From: an uncultured Candidatus Saccharibacteria bacterium
Lineage (GTDB): Bacteria; Patescibacteriota; Minisyncoccia; Phycocordibacterales; DATDWN01
Reading direction: 5' to 3'
Assembly (NCBI GenBank): GCA_964596875.1
Contig: CAZQVT010000001.1
Coordinates: forward strand, 107,255-171,254
Length of the DNA stretch: 64,000 nucleotides
The position numbers and the translations under genes were made by a program. The notes beneath the pieces are model-generated. The model was not told the origin of the DNA, did no database searches, and saw nothing but the letters and a program-made list of their open reading frames with translations. Shown piece by piece: positions 21,471 to 31,140 of the stretch; position 1 is the first letter of the stretch, and each line of letters begins with the position of its first letter.

Positions 21471-22361
21471 CTAATCAAAAAAATTAACCAAGTAAGAGTC
21501 AATTACTCTCTGATCTAAGTCATAAAAATGTAACCCATCATTGTGTAGACTTGTTGCCAGGGGAATACTTACAAACCTATAGTGCCAAGGTTCAAAAACG
21601 TAGTAAGTGTTATTTTTTGGGTATGACATAACAAAACCATACTTATGTGCATTATCTGTAAGCCATTTGTAAGCCGGTGTTTTATCAAAACCGACTAATG
21701 CACCATTTAACTCTGGAGTAGTAAGGTCTAGCGTGGTTCCTAGTTGGTGTTCGGAGTATCCCTGGTCAGCAGAAAACTTATTAGCACCACTACCATAGGT
21801 GACTTTATACGAAGACTTTAAACTAGCCTGTGTTCCAAAAGAGCGATAACCAGAGGCAATTAAAATATTTACACCATCGGCTTTTGCTGACTCTAGCATT
21901 GTTTGCAGGTGAGGCCAGACTTGCTCATGGATTTCTATTTTTTTATTCTTTTCGTATATGTATTGTTCGGGTATGGAAACTAGTTTTGGTGGTATGTAGT
22001 TTTCATTTAGGAAATATACTTTTGAATATTTTTTCAAAAGTTCAGAGTCAGTTTTGCTAAGTTTCTCAAGAACTCCAACAGTTCCAGCAAGTGTCTGTAT
22101 TTGGTTTTGAAAAAGGAAAGTGTTTTCTTTTTCTTTTTGTAGATTGTCTGCAACCTGGAGTTTTTCGCTTGTAGTACTAGCGAGTTTGGCTTGGGCTATC
22201 TGTAGAGCCATGCTGTAGTTTTCAATATTGTTTTGTAGACTCAAGTTTTGGTTACGAACTATCCAAAACATGTATAGGTTAAAACCTATAGAAACAAGTA
22301 AAAACAGTGTAGAAGTAAACTTTACGACTGCCTCTCTTGAGAATTTCGAGTTCATTTTCAT
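21471..22361 (-). CDS. peptidase M15 (VanY / D-Ala-D-Ala carboxypeptidase-like), membrane-anchored with coiled coil
   Basis: SEHQLGTTLDL (HxxxxxxD) zinc-binding motif. N-terminal TM helix. Confidence 0.65.
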   Translation of the reverse strand: MKMNSKFSREAVVKFTSTLFLLVSIGFNLYMFWIVRNQNLSLQNNIENYSMALQIAQAKLASTTSEKLQVADNLQKEKENTFLFQNQIQTLAGTVGVLEKLSKTDSELLKKYSKVYFLNENYIPPKLVSIPEQYIYEKNKKIEIHEQVWPHLQTMLESAKADGVNILIASGYRSFGTQASLKSSYKVTYGSGANKFSADQGYSEHQLGTTLDLTTPELNGALVGFDKTPAYKWLTDNAHKYGFVMSYPKNNTYYVFEPWHYRFVSIPLATSLHNDGLHFYDLDQRVIDSYLVNFFD

Positions 22362-22693
22362 CCCTGTATACTATCATACCGGAACTCTTCTATCATTATC
22401 TTGTCATGGCTTTCAAAATATGTTGTTTTTTTGTTTTTCAGTATGATTATTTGGGGAGATTCGTGTTTTATTCCAAAAACTTCTGCAATCTTTTTCGAAA
22501 GCACGGGACTGTCCTGGACCACAACTAGAAATATAATTGCTTCTATTTTGTTTTCATTTTTTGCCCTTTCTAGCATCTCTTTTATTACGTCACTTTGGTA
22601 GCACTTTGATGAGTGTTTGAAAATAATAACAGGGTTTTGTTCTGATTTTTCTAGTATTTCAGAGAGATGGGTCGTTTTTTCGAAGACTATCAT
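22358..22693 (-). CDS. thioredoxin-fold monothiol protein (YtxJ/DUF2847-like)
   Basis: IIFKHSSKCYQS, a single Cys in a Trx-like context. 111 aa. Confidence 0.45.
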   Translation of the reverse strand: MIVFEKTTHLSEILEKSEQNPVIIFKHSSKCYQSDVIKEMLERAKNENKIEAIIFLVVVQDSPVLSKKIAEVFGIKHESPQIIILKNKKTTYFESHDKIMIEEFRYDSIQG

Positions 22694-22778
22694 ATCTGTA
22701 TTTTAGCATAGAAGGATTTGTTTACTGTCCTCATAAGTAGTATTATAAGGTCAATATTTATTAGTTAACACAAAAAAC

Positions 22779-23078
22779 ATGAAAGGATTCATAGAGTTTA
22801 TCAGAGAGCAGGGGGTAGTTGGTCTAGCGGTGGGTTTCATTTTAGGAGGCGCTGTTTCTAAAGTAGTATCTGCTCTTGTTACAGATATTATCAACCCAAT
22901 TTTGGGTGTTATTCTTGGTTCAGCAGAGGGGCTAAAGAGCGCATCATTTGGGATAGGTTCTGCACAAATAATGTACGGAGACCTGCTTTCAGTAGTTATC
23001 GATTTTCTTGTTATTGCTCTTGTGGTTTACTACGGAGTAAAAGGTTTGGGACTAGATAAACTAGACAAGTCAAAATAA
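22779..23078 (+). CDS. mscL: large-conductance mechanosensitive channel
   Basis: MKGFIEFIREQGVVGLAVGFILGGAVSKVVSALVTDIINPILG closely matches the MscL N-terminus. Confidence 0.85.
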   Translation: MKGFIEFIREQGVVGLAVGFILGGAVSKVVSALVTDIINPILGVILGSAEGLKSASFGIGSAQIMYGDLLSVVIDFLVIALVVYYGVKGLGLDKLDKSK

Positions 23079-23100
23079 TATTTATGTATATTTTAAAAAA

Positions 23101-23130
23101 CTCCGCATGGGCGGAGTTTTTTAATTGTGA
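23101..23130 (+). terminator. intrinsic terminator AAAAAACTCCGCATGGGCGGAGTTTTTT
   Basis: Hairpin plus T-run after mscL. Confidence 0.7.
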
Positions 23131-23265
23131 TAAAATACTGCAATGGATCCCGTAAGAGATTATGGGTTAATATTAAAAACATATTTACAAAATAATTAGG
23201 TGGTCGAAATAATTTACTAAACATAATTTAACTACGGAAACTAAAAGTTTCCTATCTCAAACGGG

Positions 23266-23775
23266 ATGGATATTTTTTCACATGGCTTGTATGGAGGGGT
23301 TGCTTTTGGCAGGGAAAATAAAAAAAACTACTGGACTGCCTTTTTCTTTGGAGTTGGACCAGATTTGTTTTCGTTCGGAATATTTTTCCTGTTAAGGATC
23401 TTAAGTTTAGGAAAACTTTTGTCCGGAAGACCAGAGGCTTCATCTATCCCACAATATGTCCACACTCTGTATGACTTTACTCATAGTTTTGTACCTTATT
23501 CTATATTTTTTGCATTGCTTTGGGTTTTTGGTAAAAAAAAGTTTGCCAAACTTACTTTGGGCTGGCCACTACACATACTTTTGGATATGCCACTGCATTC
23601 TCTGCAGTTTTTCCCAACACCTTTTCTGTGGCCGTTTTCTGACTTTAGAATAGACGGAACTCCTTGGGGCAATCCTTATATTTTCTTTCCAAACGTAGTT
23701 TTTATAATAATCCTGTATTCTATTTGGTACTACCAAAACAAAAAGCGAAAAGAAAGTTTGGCTAAACTAGTTTAG
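23266..23775 (+). CDS. membrane-bound metal-dependent hydrolase, YdjM/DUF457-like
   Basis: MDIFSHGLYGG start. Polytopic. LDMPLHSL motif. Confidence 0.55.
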   Translation: MDIFSHGLYGGVAFGRENKKNYWTAFFFGVGPDLFSFGIFFLLRILSLGKLLSGRPEASSIPQYVHTLYDFTHSFVPYSIFFALLWVFGKKKFAKLTLGWPLHILLDMPLHSLQFFPTPFLWPFSDFRIDGTPWGNPYIFFPNVVFIIILYSIWYYQNKKRKESLAKLV

Positions 23776-24595
23776 TGTTTTCTAGTCGTTTGATTCTTTC
23801 TTCCATTGGAGGGTGAGTAGAGAAAAGGGACGTGAGAAGTGAAAGTTTAAATGGATTAACTATAAACATGTGTGCAGTTGCTTGATGTCTAGGACTAGCA
23901 TGTACTGGGTTTTCTTTTGAAATATTTCCAAGTTTTCTAAGCGCGTTTGCCAAACTTTTTGGATCTTTTGAAATATGTGCACCAGTTTCATCTGCCATAT
24001 ATTCTCTGCCTCTAGATATTGCTAGGTGAAGAAGGGAAGCGATGATGGGTGTTAGGAAAACAAAAAGTAAGTTTCCCACACCACTTTTTCTGTCATCTCT
24101 GTCACCAGAATAAAATGCCATTTGAGAAAGATATGAGATAGTGCCTGCAAGCGTTGCTGCAATACTAGAGATAAGAATATCTTTATTTTTTATGTGTGAA
24201 AGTTCATGTGCTAGAACTCCACGCAACTCTTCGTTTGAAAGTAGAGCCAGTATTCCTTCACTTACAGCAACTACTGCATTGTGTTCGTTTCTTCCTGTTG
24301 CAAAAGCGTTTGGTGTCGGCAAGTTTACTTTAAAAAGTTTTGGTTTAGGGAGTCCAGCTGCTTTGGAAAGTTCTTCAACCATTTCGTGAAGTAGAACATT
24401 TTCTTCTCTTGTGATTTCTTTTGCTTTATAAAGAGAAAGGACGATTTTGTCAGAAAACCAGTATGAACTAAAGTTCATAGCAACAGAAAAAAGTAGAGCA
24501 ATAGTTGCGCCATTTCTACCACCAAAATAAAAACCAATAAATACTAGTATTCCGGTAAGTGTTGCCAAAAGTAACGTTGTTTTAAAATGATTCAT
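23762..24595 (-). CDS. htpX: zinc metalloprotease HtpX (M48)
   Basis: HELSHIKNKD HExxH motif. N-terminal TMs. Confidence 0.85.
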   Translation of the reverse strand: MNHFKTTLLLATLTGILVFIGFYFGGRNGATIALLFSVAMNFSSYWFSDKIVLSLYKAKEITREENVLLHEMVEELSKAAGLPKPKLFKVNLPTPNAFATGRNEHNAVVAVSEGILALLSNEELRGVLAHELSHIKNKDILISSIAATLAGTISYLSQMAFYSGDRDDRKSGVGNLLFVFLTPIIASLLHLAISRGREYMADETGAHISKDPKSLANALRKLGNISKENPVHASPRHQATAHMFIVNPFKLSLLTSLFSTHPPMEERIKRLENTKLV

Positions 24596-24612
24596 AGGGT
24601 GGATTATATCAG

Positions 24613-25017
24613 TTATTTTTTACATTTTACACATAGACATCTGCCGTTGCTCAGGTATTCATCAAAGTATTCCTTGCCATAGTCATATGTAAGTTCTTCA
24701 CCGGCTTTTATATTTTTAAGTGCGAAAATAAAAACTCTTCCTTCCGGTCCATCGGCTTCACAGTTTGGTCTGCACGAATGGTTTATATACTTTGCTGTGT
24801 TTTCTTTTGTATTGCCGTTTATGGTTTTGTTTTTACCAACTTCGAAAAGATACTTTGAGTTTATTTTTTCGGCCTCTTCTTCTGTTATCGGAACTCCGGT
24901 GTACTCTATAATGCAAGAACCTTTTTTAATGTCTTCAAGTGCAAAAAGACCTTTTCCTGTTTTTGATTTTTTTACCTTTATTTTAAAATCTCCCGGTGTG
25001 TATTTACTTTTTCTCAT
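24613..25017 (-). CDS. SET-domain protein (putative lysine methyltransferase)
   Basis: NHSCRPNC and ELTYDYG SET motifs, plus C-terminal Cys cluster CLCVKC. Confidence 0.75.
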   Translation of the reverse strand: MRKSKYTPGDFKIKVKKSKTGKGLFALEDIKKGSCIIEYTGVPITEEEAEKINSKYLFEVGKNKTINGNTKENTAKYINHSCRPNCEADGPEGRVFIFALKNIKAGEELTYDYGKEYFDEYLSNGRCLCVKCKK

Positions 25018-25114
25018 AGAGGTCTATTTTATCTTAAATATTTCTTTATACAAATAGCGTAAACCGCTGGAGACGAAGTTCGTTCCAGCGGGGAGAGGTT
25101 TCCCTCATGAGGGT

Positions 25115-25612
25115 TCATTCCATACATCTGCGGTGTATGGTCCGGATTGAAAAGAACCACAATAGTCCAGTCGTTAGTGTTCCCACCAGGACCGAAACCA
25201 TTTTGGGCCAGCCCAGTTTCCACCAAATGTGCACGCCGTCGTGGATGTGTGCATACGCGGGTAGGAAATCGGGCTGAGGCAGGAACCTAAACTTTCCCCA
25301 GACCTGTACTAGGTCCGGTAGTAGCCCAGCAATGAGGCAGAGTGCCAGCAGGACTCGGTAGTCGGGAAGCCTGCGTCCGACTCGATACGTAACCCATGTC
25401 GACAGAGAGATGTCGCCGAGTGCCCACCAGAAGCCAAGCGAAATCGGGCTGGTGTAGTTATCTCCAGCAACGAGCCCAGGTTCGAGATGGGGGATTAGGT
25501 CAAGTGGTAGATGTGCCACAAGGACCAGGATTGGAAGCCAGACTAGTGCCGTTCTGGGTTTGGTCTTAATCCCTAGGGCGATTGCTGGCAGTATGTGCGC
25601 GCTCGGTAGCAT
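25115..25612 (-). CDS. GC-rich polytopic membrane protein, YdjM/DUF457-like (second, foreign-composition paralog)
   Basis: About 60% GC. VAHLPLDLIPH motif. Hairpin CCGCTGGAgacgaagttcgtTCCAGCGG downstream at about 25062-25089. Confidence 0.4.
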   Translation of the reverse strand: MLPSAHILPAIALGIKTKPRTALVWLPILVLVAHLPLDLIPHLEPGLVAGDNYTSPISLGFWWALGDISLSTWVTYRVGRRLPDYRVLLALCLIAGLLPDLVQVWGKFRFLPQPDFLPAYAHIHDGVHIWWKLGWPKMVSVLVGTLTTGLLWFFSIRTIHRRCME

Positions 25613-25617
25613 GTGAC

Positions 25618-25824
25618 CTACTCGATCCTGTGGAGCTCGCGGTCCATGGCGTAGATCGTTTTTTCTTCGTCTGTTTTGACCAGGTGGACTCCACCCGAGC
25701 CGATGCAGTTTTTCGCGACCACCCTGACCCTGCGACCATCGAGGTCCTTATTTCTGCCAAGCCCGGCGACGTTCTGCCGGAAAGTGTAGTAATTACCCTG
25801 GACGATCTCGTCGTTTGTGGCCAT
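25618..25824 (-). CDS. GC-rich small protein (68 aa), possible DUF2945/Tudor-like
   Basis: RBS GGAGGG 3 nt before the ATG. ...GRRVRVVAKNCIGSGGVHLVKTDEEKTIYAMDREL. The family guess is weak. Confidence 0.35.
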   Translation of the reverse strand: MATNDEIVQGNYYTFRQNVAGLGRNKDLDGRRVRVVAKNCIGSGGVHLVKTDEEKTIYAMDRELHRIE

Positions 25825-25899
25825 GCGCCCTCCGAGAGATAGCCTATATTAAAAAGGTTGGAAATTCAAATACACAAAAAGCGCCTATGGCGCTTTTCT

Positions 25900-25974
25900 G
25901 GCTCCGGCGGTAGGGATCGAACCTACGACCAATCGCTTAACAGGCGATTGCTCTACCACTGAGCTACACCGGAA
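25900..25974 (-). tRNA. tRNA-Asn (GTT)
   Basis: Reverse complement TCCGGTGTAGCTCAGTGGTAGAGCAATCGCCTGTTAAGCGATTGGTCGTAGGTTCGATCCCTACCGCCGGAGCCA folds as a cloverleaf with anticodon GTT and CCA encoded. Confidence 0.9.
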
Positions 25975-26089
25975 TAATAAGATAATATCAAAAATAACAC
26001 AGAATGCAATAAAAAATTTTACAAAGCGAAAGGCGAGGACGGGGTCCTCGCCTGGTCGCAACGGGTCTGTTTCAGTCCGTGCGACGTGA

Positions 26090-26596
26090 TTACTTCCTTT
26101 CCCACGGCTGGCGCTCTGCCAGCCTGTTGATCACCTCGATCAAGTTCCTCCGGTTGGCGCGCTCGTTCAGCAGTCCGAGTCGGTGGATCTGCTGATACTG
26201 CCAGATGACCTCCTCGACGGGAGCGCGGTACTCCTGCTTCACGACGTAGAGGCCGAGGTCTTCCGGAATGGTCTTGTCACCTTCGATCACGCTGTGCCCG
26301 TTCAGGACGTACTTGTGGTCCAGGTCGGGGTTCGCAGCGAACCAGCGGTACTCGGTCAGTTGTTCCTCCGAGACGTTCGGGAAGTTGCGCCTGGCCGACA
26401 TGAGTTCGGCCAAGATGAGCGCGTAGTCCCTGTTGTCGAGCTTGACCTCGTCGAGAACGAGCATCGGGTACGGCTCCGTGTGGGTGCTGTTGTTCCGAAT
26501 CGTGATGATTCGGTCTCGGGTAGCCTGAGCTTCCGAGCAGCCCGACACGACGACGATAAGGAAGAGAGCGGTTGCGACACGGGTGAAAGTGTCCAT
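26090..26596 (-). CDS. GC-rich lipoprotein (signal peptide MDTFTRVATALFLIVVVSGC, lipobox VSGC), unknown function
   Basis: About 58% GC. RBS AGGAGG 3 nt before ATG 26596. The ORF track allows an upstream start at 26638. Confidence 0.5.
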   Translation of the reverse strand: MDTFTRVATALFLIVVVSGCSEAQATRDRIITIRNNSTHTEPYPMLVLDEVKLDNRDYALILAELMSARRNFPNVSEEQLTEYRWFAANPDLDHKYVLNGHSVIEGDKTIPEDLGLYVVKQEYRAPVEEVIWQYQQIHRLGLLNERANRRNLIEVINRLAERQPWERK

Positions 26597-26733
26597 ATGC
26601 CTCCTAGGCAGTGGGTTGTCCATATATAATAGTATCATAAATAAGTAATATTGTCAAATATAAATATGTATTGTGCCGTAGTAAACTATGTTAAAATTAT
26701 TCCATTAATATTAATCATTTTTAATTCAAACAT

Positions 26734-27150
26734 ATGGCAAACAAACTTAATCCCTATCTAAACTTTGATGGAAAAACTAAAGAAGCAATGGAGTTTTATA
26801 AAAACGCACTAGGTGGGGAACTTCACATGACGACTTTCAAAGAAGGTAACATGTCACACAAATCTAGTGATGATGTTAAAATCATGCACGCAGAACTTAA
26901 AACAGAAAGTGGTATGACGATAATGTCTTCAGATGTTCCAGAGGGCTGGTCAAATGTTGTTGGAGATAATGTGTCACTTTCCTTAAGTGGTGATGGTGCA
27001 GAAGAACTGCAAGGATATTGGGAGAAGCTTTCGGAGGGCGGAAATATAGGACAGCCGCTAGTTGAGGCACCCTGGGGAGATAAATTTGGCATGTTCACAG
27101 ATAAGTTTGGAATAAGATGGATGGTAAATATAGCAGGTAAGAAGGCATAA
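26734..27150 (+). CDS. PhnB/VOC-family (glyoxalase-like) protein
   Basis: MANKLNPYLNFDGKTKEAMEFYKNALGG...GIRWMVN, typical PhnB-like. Confidence 0.65.
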   Translation: MANKLNPYLNFDGKTKEAMEFYKNALGGELHMTTFKEGNMSHKSSDDVKIMHAELKTESGMTIMSSDVPEGWSNVVGDNVSLSLSGDGAEELQGYWEKLSEGGNIGQPLVEAPWGDKFGMFTDKFGIRWMVNIAGKKA

Positions 27151-27218
27151 GGAAAAACCACCCAAGAAAATAATTGGGTGGTTTTTCTTTATTAGTTTTA
27201 GGTGTATTATATAGGTAT

Positions 27219-27590
27219 ATGAATATCAAAACACACGCAGTAAATTTTGATTTAACAGATGCAATAAGCGAGTATGTCGAGAAGAAAGTTTCATCACTTG
27301 GTAAGTTTATTCCAAATAGTGAAAATCTTTTGTGTGAGGTTGAAATAGGAAGAACGACGAAGCATCATAACTCAGGAGATATTTTTAAGGCAGAAATTAA
27401 TATTCTTGTTCCAGGTGGAAGTCAGGTGTATGCAAAAGCAGAAGAACCGGAATTGTATACTGCTATAGATATTGTTCGTGATGAAGCAGAAAGGGTAATA
27501 GTTAACCAGAAAAATAAAAAGGACACATTGTTTAGAAGAGGAGCATCTCAAGTCAAAAATTTACTAAAGAGAGTTAGTTGGAAGAAATAA
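27219..27590 (+). CDS. hpf: ribosome hibernation promoting factor / RaiA
   Basis: MNIKTHAVNFDLTDAISEYVEKKVSSLGKF start. The track start 27174 was trimmed. Confidence 0.75.
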   Translation: MNIKTHAVNFDLTDAISEYVEKKVSSLGKFIPNSENLLCEVEIGRTTKHHNSGDIFKAEINILVPGGSQVYAKAEEPELYTAIDIVRDEAERVIVNQKNKKDTLFRRGASQVKNLLKRVSWKK

Positions 27591-27757
27591 TGAAGGTTGG
27601 GAATCTACAACAGAAGGCCAACTGGTTTTTAGTTGGTTTTGTATTCGGATGTATTTTTATAATTACTCTACTTCTTTTTGCAAAAGTTAAGGCTGAGCAA
27701 AGAGCCCAAGATTACAGTTATCTTACAGGAGACTATTCTCACTATCTAGAATAATTC

Positions 27758-28621
27758 TTATTTTTTACCTCTTAGATAGTCTTCATACGCCATTTCCTTC
27801 CTTCCTTCCGGTATTATTCTTTCTAGAATAAGTTTTCCATCTTCTATCTTTGCTTTTTTAACTACAATTCTTTTTTCATTATCAAAAAAGTAAGCACTGG
27901 GCCATACAGAAAAAGCCCTAATCTTTCTAAGATTTTTTTCTGAGGAGTCCTCTAGTTTAATTTCCCCATCTGATTTTTCTATTTTTTTACAAAAAGTAGC
28001 ATTGGCGTGGTCCTGTTCCACTGTTTTTATTTTTCCTTGTATCCATTCTGGTATTACTTCTGCCAACATTTCGCCACCAACCTTACCGCAATGTTTTTCC
28101 AAATCCTCAAAGTATGGAGGCCATTCTATGCTCACTTTTTTTTGAGCAAGTATTGGTCCATGGTCTACTTCATTGTCTAGTTGGATTATTGTCACACCAG
28201 TTTCATTCTCCTCTAAAATAGAAAACTGTAGTGGTGATGGACCGCGGAGTTTCGGCAGAAGTGAAGGGTGAACGTTTAAGGTTTTAAACTTGGGCAAATC
28301 CAGAATATTTTGTGGGATTATTTTCCCATAGGACGCTACGATAAAAAGATCGAACCCATTTTCAGAGTATGAAAGAATCTTTTCTAGAACATCCGGAGTT
28401 TTAAGAGACTTTAGTTGTAAGTATTTTATATTTTCTTTTTCCGCCCAAACTTTTGCCTCTGGGGGAGTGAGCAATAGTTTTCTGCCCTTTGGTTTGTCTT
28501 CGGTAGTTACGATTAGTTTCGGTAGTAGTCCCTGGTTTTTGAGTTCATCTAAAACATAGACAGAAAAAGCAGAACTGCCAAAAAAAACAAATTCAATGTT
28601 ATTTTTTAGATTTTCGCTCAT
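27758..28621 (-). CDS. fmt: methionyl-tRNA formyltransferase
   Basis: N-terminal FFGSSAFSV and SLLPKLRGPSPLQ. Operon with def. Confidence 0.85.
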   Translation of the reverse strand: MSENLKNNIEFVFFGSSAFSVYVLDELKNQGLLPKLIVTTEDKPKGRKLLLTPPEAKVWAEKENIKYLQLKSLKTPDVLEKILSYSENGFDLFIVASYGKIIPQNILDLPKFKTLNVHPSLLPKLRGPSPLQFSILEENETGVTIIQLDNEVDHGPILAQKKVSIEWPPYFEDLEKHCGKVGGEMLAEVIPEWIQGKIKTVEQDHANATFCKKIEKSDGEIKLEDSSEKNLRKIRAFSVWPSAYFFDNEKRIVVKKAKIEDGKLILERIIPEGRKEMAYEDYLRGKK

Positions 28622-29183
28622 ACTTTTTTACATCCTCTGGTAATATTTCTTCAACATTTTCTGCTTTGTCTATAAAGAGTATTCCGTCTAGGTGGTCTAT
28701 CTCGTGTTGAAATATCTGAGCAACTAAACTTGTACCACCTCGTTCAAACTTTTGACCAGTTTCATCATAGGCGATCACTGTTGCTTTTTTTGCTCGACTA
28801 ACTTTTCCATACAAGTATCTGACCGACAAACAACCTTCTTCTACTTTTTTTCTTTCTTTTGAGATTTTTTTGATAACTGGGTTAATGAAAACAGTATCGG
28901 GGTATTTTATTTTTGGAGCATCTTCGTGTACAACTTCTTCGCCATCTTTGTTTCTTTTTGCTTCAGCTAGGATTTCTTCAACTCTTCCAGACATAACAAA
29001 AATCCGCAAGTTGTATCCTATCTGAGGTGCGGCTATGGCAACGCCATCATCCTGAGAGTCTAGAGCCTCTTTCATCTCAGAAATTATCTTATTTATTTTG
29101 GGTGTATTTATCTCAGAAATTGGAACCTCCTTTGCTATTTCTCGGAGTACAGGTTCTTCTTTTTGTAGTATTTTCTTCATCAT
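28599..29183 (-). CDS. def: peptide deformylase
   Basis: GIAAPQIG, EGCLSV and QHEIDHLDG motifs. Confidence 0.9.
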   Translation of the reverse strand: MMKKILQKEEPVLREIAKEVPISEINTPKINKIISEMKEALDSQDDGVAIAAPQIGYNLRIFVMSGRVEEILAEAKRNKDGEEVVHEDAPKIKYPDTVFINPVIKKISKERKKVEEGCLSVRYLYGKVSRAKKATVIAYDETGQKFERGGTSLVAQIFQHEIDHLDGILFIDKAENVEEILPEDVKKYERKSKK

Positions 29184-29199
29184 AACTTTACATAAAATA

Positions 29200-31101
29200 T
29201 CACAAAAGGCTTGATGGGTCTATTCGAACACTAAACTGTGGTGGGAGATTTTTAATTTTCAAAAGTAGTTCAGGTTCTGGCCATTTTTCTTTCGGAAGGT
29301 ATAAAAGTCCATTAACGGTATGTTTGTTTTTTGTCCCTGGAGTAAATGCATCAAAAATCTGAAGAACGTATGGCAAAAACATTTCCTTTACAGACTCCAT
29401 TTCTTTTCTCACTTTACTTTTTTCACCAACCAAGGATAGTTTTATGTATGTGTTAAATGGGGGAAAGTCCATCGATTTTCTCTCTTCTATTTCATCGCGA
29501 TAAAAGTCTAAAAGGTTTCCTCTGGTAGCATATTCAAATATTTTTGCTCTATGTTGTCTTGTTTGGATCAGAAATTCTTTTTGCGCTGTAGAGCGCATTT
29601 CAAGTAGTATGTGAAAAACTTTCTCATTTATCTGGTAGTCCGGTATTGAAAAATACGAATCTAGGGAAACTACCGCTACATTTTCTATTTTTTGGTTTAG
29701 ATATGACAGGGCCATTTCTGTACCAATACATATAGAACCCGGTTTGTTGTAAAAAGTGTCTCGAACTTTCTCTGCCTTTTTGTGGGTGGTTATATGGTCT
29801 TTGTCAAAAATAAAAATATTGGATTCTGGGTATAAACTCTGTATTTCCTCGGCGACTTTGTCTATACCTATTCCCATAGGGTTTAGTCGCCAACCAGAGC
29901 AGTGAGCACATTTCACCAAAGCATCAAACCTTTCGCCACAGTGGTTACATACAAACAAGTTTTTTGGTTTTCCATCGGAATCTTTTTTGCTGTAGAGGAT
30001 TACTGGTTGGTTACAGTTTCCGCAACTGACTATTGTTCCACAGTCACTACATACTGTTTGGGGGTAAAGTCCTTTTCTTGAACAAAACAAAAACAAATGT
30101 TCGTTGTTTTCTATATTTTCAGAAATTATTTTCTTTATTTTTTCTCCTAAAATAGTAAACTCCATTTTTTTCATATCCTGAGGAGTTTTCATGTCGACTA
30201 TTTCACAGGTTGCAGTAGTCAGTGACCGGAACTTAAAAGGCGATAGACTGGCGTAACGACCTCTTTTTTCTTCCCACAAAGTTTCTACTCGCAGGAAAAT
30301 ATCACCCAGGACTAGTCGAACTTTCATTTCTTTGGCGAGAGTTTCTGCAGCAGACCTTATGTCTAGAAAAGGTCTGGTTTGCATTTTGTAACCCCTAGAA
30401 CTTTCTTTTTCAATTATTATTGTTCCTATGTCATGTCGAGGTATAGAAAGAAATGAACCTGTGCCGACAATAAGCACAGGATGAGTTTCTTCATTTATTC
30501 TTTTCCAAGTCTCTACTAGTTCTTTTTCTGCGATACCAGAATGCAAAGTAAAAGTATATTTTTCTATGCCTTTTTCCAAAAGAATTTTTGCACTCATCAA
30601 ATCTTCGATAGTTGGTACACAGAAAAATACAGAATGGTTTTTTGCAAACTCCTCCCTGACCAAACTTTTGTATGTAGCAAATCTTTCTTCGCTATCAGAC
30701 TGTATCAAGTTTATTTCGTGAAAGGTATCTTTTGGTTTAGGTTTTGGTGTATAGGTAAGTTTGTCGTTTTTTTCCAAAATATTTTTAGGGAGTAGGGAAA
30801 AAAGTACCGCACCGACACTGCTTGCATTGTGGTCAGCAATTTTTTTTACTCCATTTACAAACTCTGGAGCCAAAAAAGATTTTGAACCAGCCTCTTCTAT
30901 TTTCTTCATACTGTATGAAAGAGACTTTATTTCGGACTTCATCTCTTCCACATTTTTTTCTTCTAGTACAAGTCCGTGGACAATTTTTTTACGTAAGGAG
31001 ATTTTTACAATAGAACCAACGCCGACATCATTTTTGGTAAAGTAGGTGAGGGTATCTTTCGGTATACCTTTGCTTATGGGGACTACGGTTAACAGTTTCA
31101 T
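29200..31101 (-). CDS. priA: primosomal protein N' (PriA)-like, with Cys-rich zinc ribbon but no recognisable Walker A/B
   Basis: CSDCG..CGNC..CNHCG..CAHCSG zinc-binding module. Position after def-fmt. Read by eye, there is no GKT/GKS or DEEH motif. Confidence 0.6.
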   Translation of the reverse strand: MKLLTVVPISKGIPKDTLTYFTKNDVGVGSIVKISLRKKIVHGLVLEEKNVEEMKSEIKSLSYSMKKIEEAGSKSFLAPEFVNGVKKIADHNASSVGAVLFSLLPKNILEKNDKLTYTPKPKPKDTFHEINLIQSDSEERFATYKSLVREEFAKNHSVFFCVPTIEDLMSAKILLEKGIEKYTFTLHSGIAEKELVETWKRINEETHPVLIVGTGSFLSIPRHDIGTIIIEKESSRGYKMQTRPFLDIRSAAETLAKEMKVRLVLGDIFLRVETLWEEKRGRYASLSPFKFRSLTTATCEIVDMKTPQDMKKMEFTILGEKIKKIISENIENNEHLFLFCSRKGLYPQTVCSDCGTIVSCGNCNQPVILYSKKDSDGKPKNLFVCNHCGERFDALVKCAHCSGWRLNPMGIGIDKVAEEIQSLYPESNIFIFDKDHITTHKKAEKVRDTFYNKPGSICIGTEMALSYLNQKIENVAVVSLDSYFSIPDYQINEKVFHILLEMRSTAQKEFLIQTRQHRAKIFEYATRGNLLDFYRDEIEERKSMDFPPFNTYIKLSLVGEKSKVRKEMESVKEMFLPYVLQIFDAFTPGTKNKHTVNGLLYLPKEKWPEPELLLKIKNLPPQFSVRIDPSSLL

Positions 31102-31140
31102 TGCCGTATTATAGCAGAGTGGGGAAATGGGTACTTTGGG

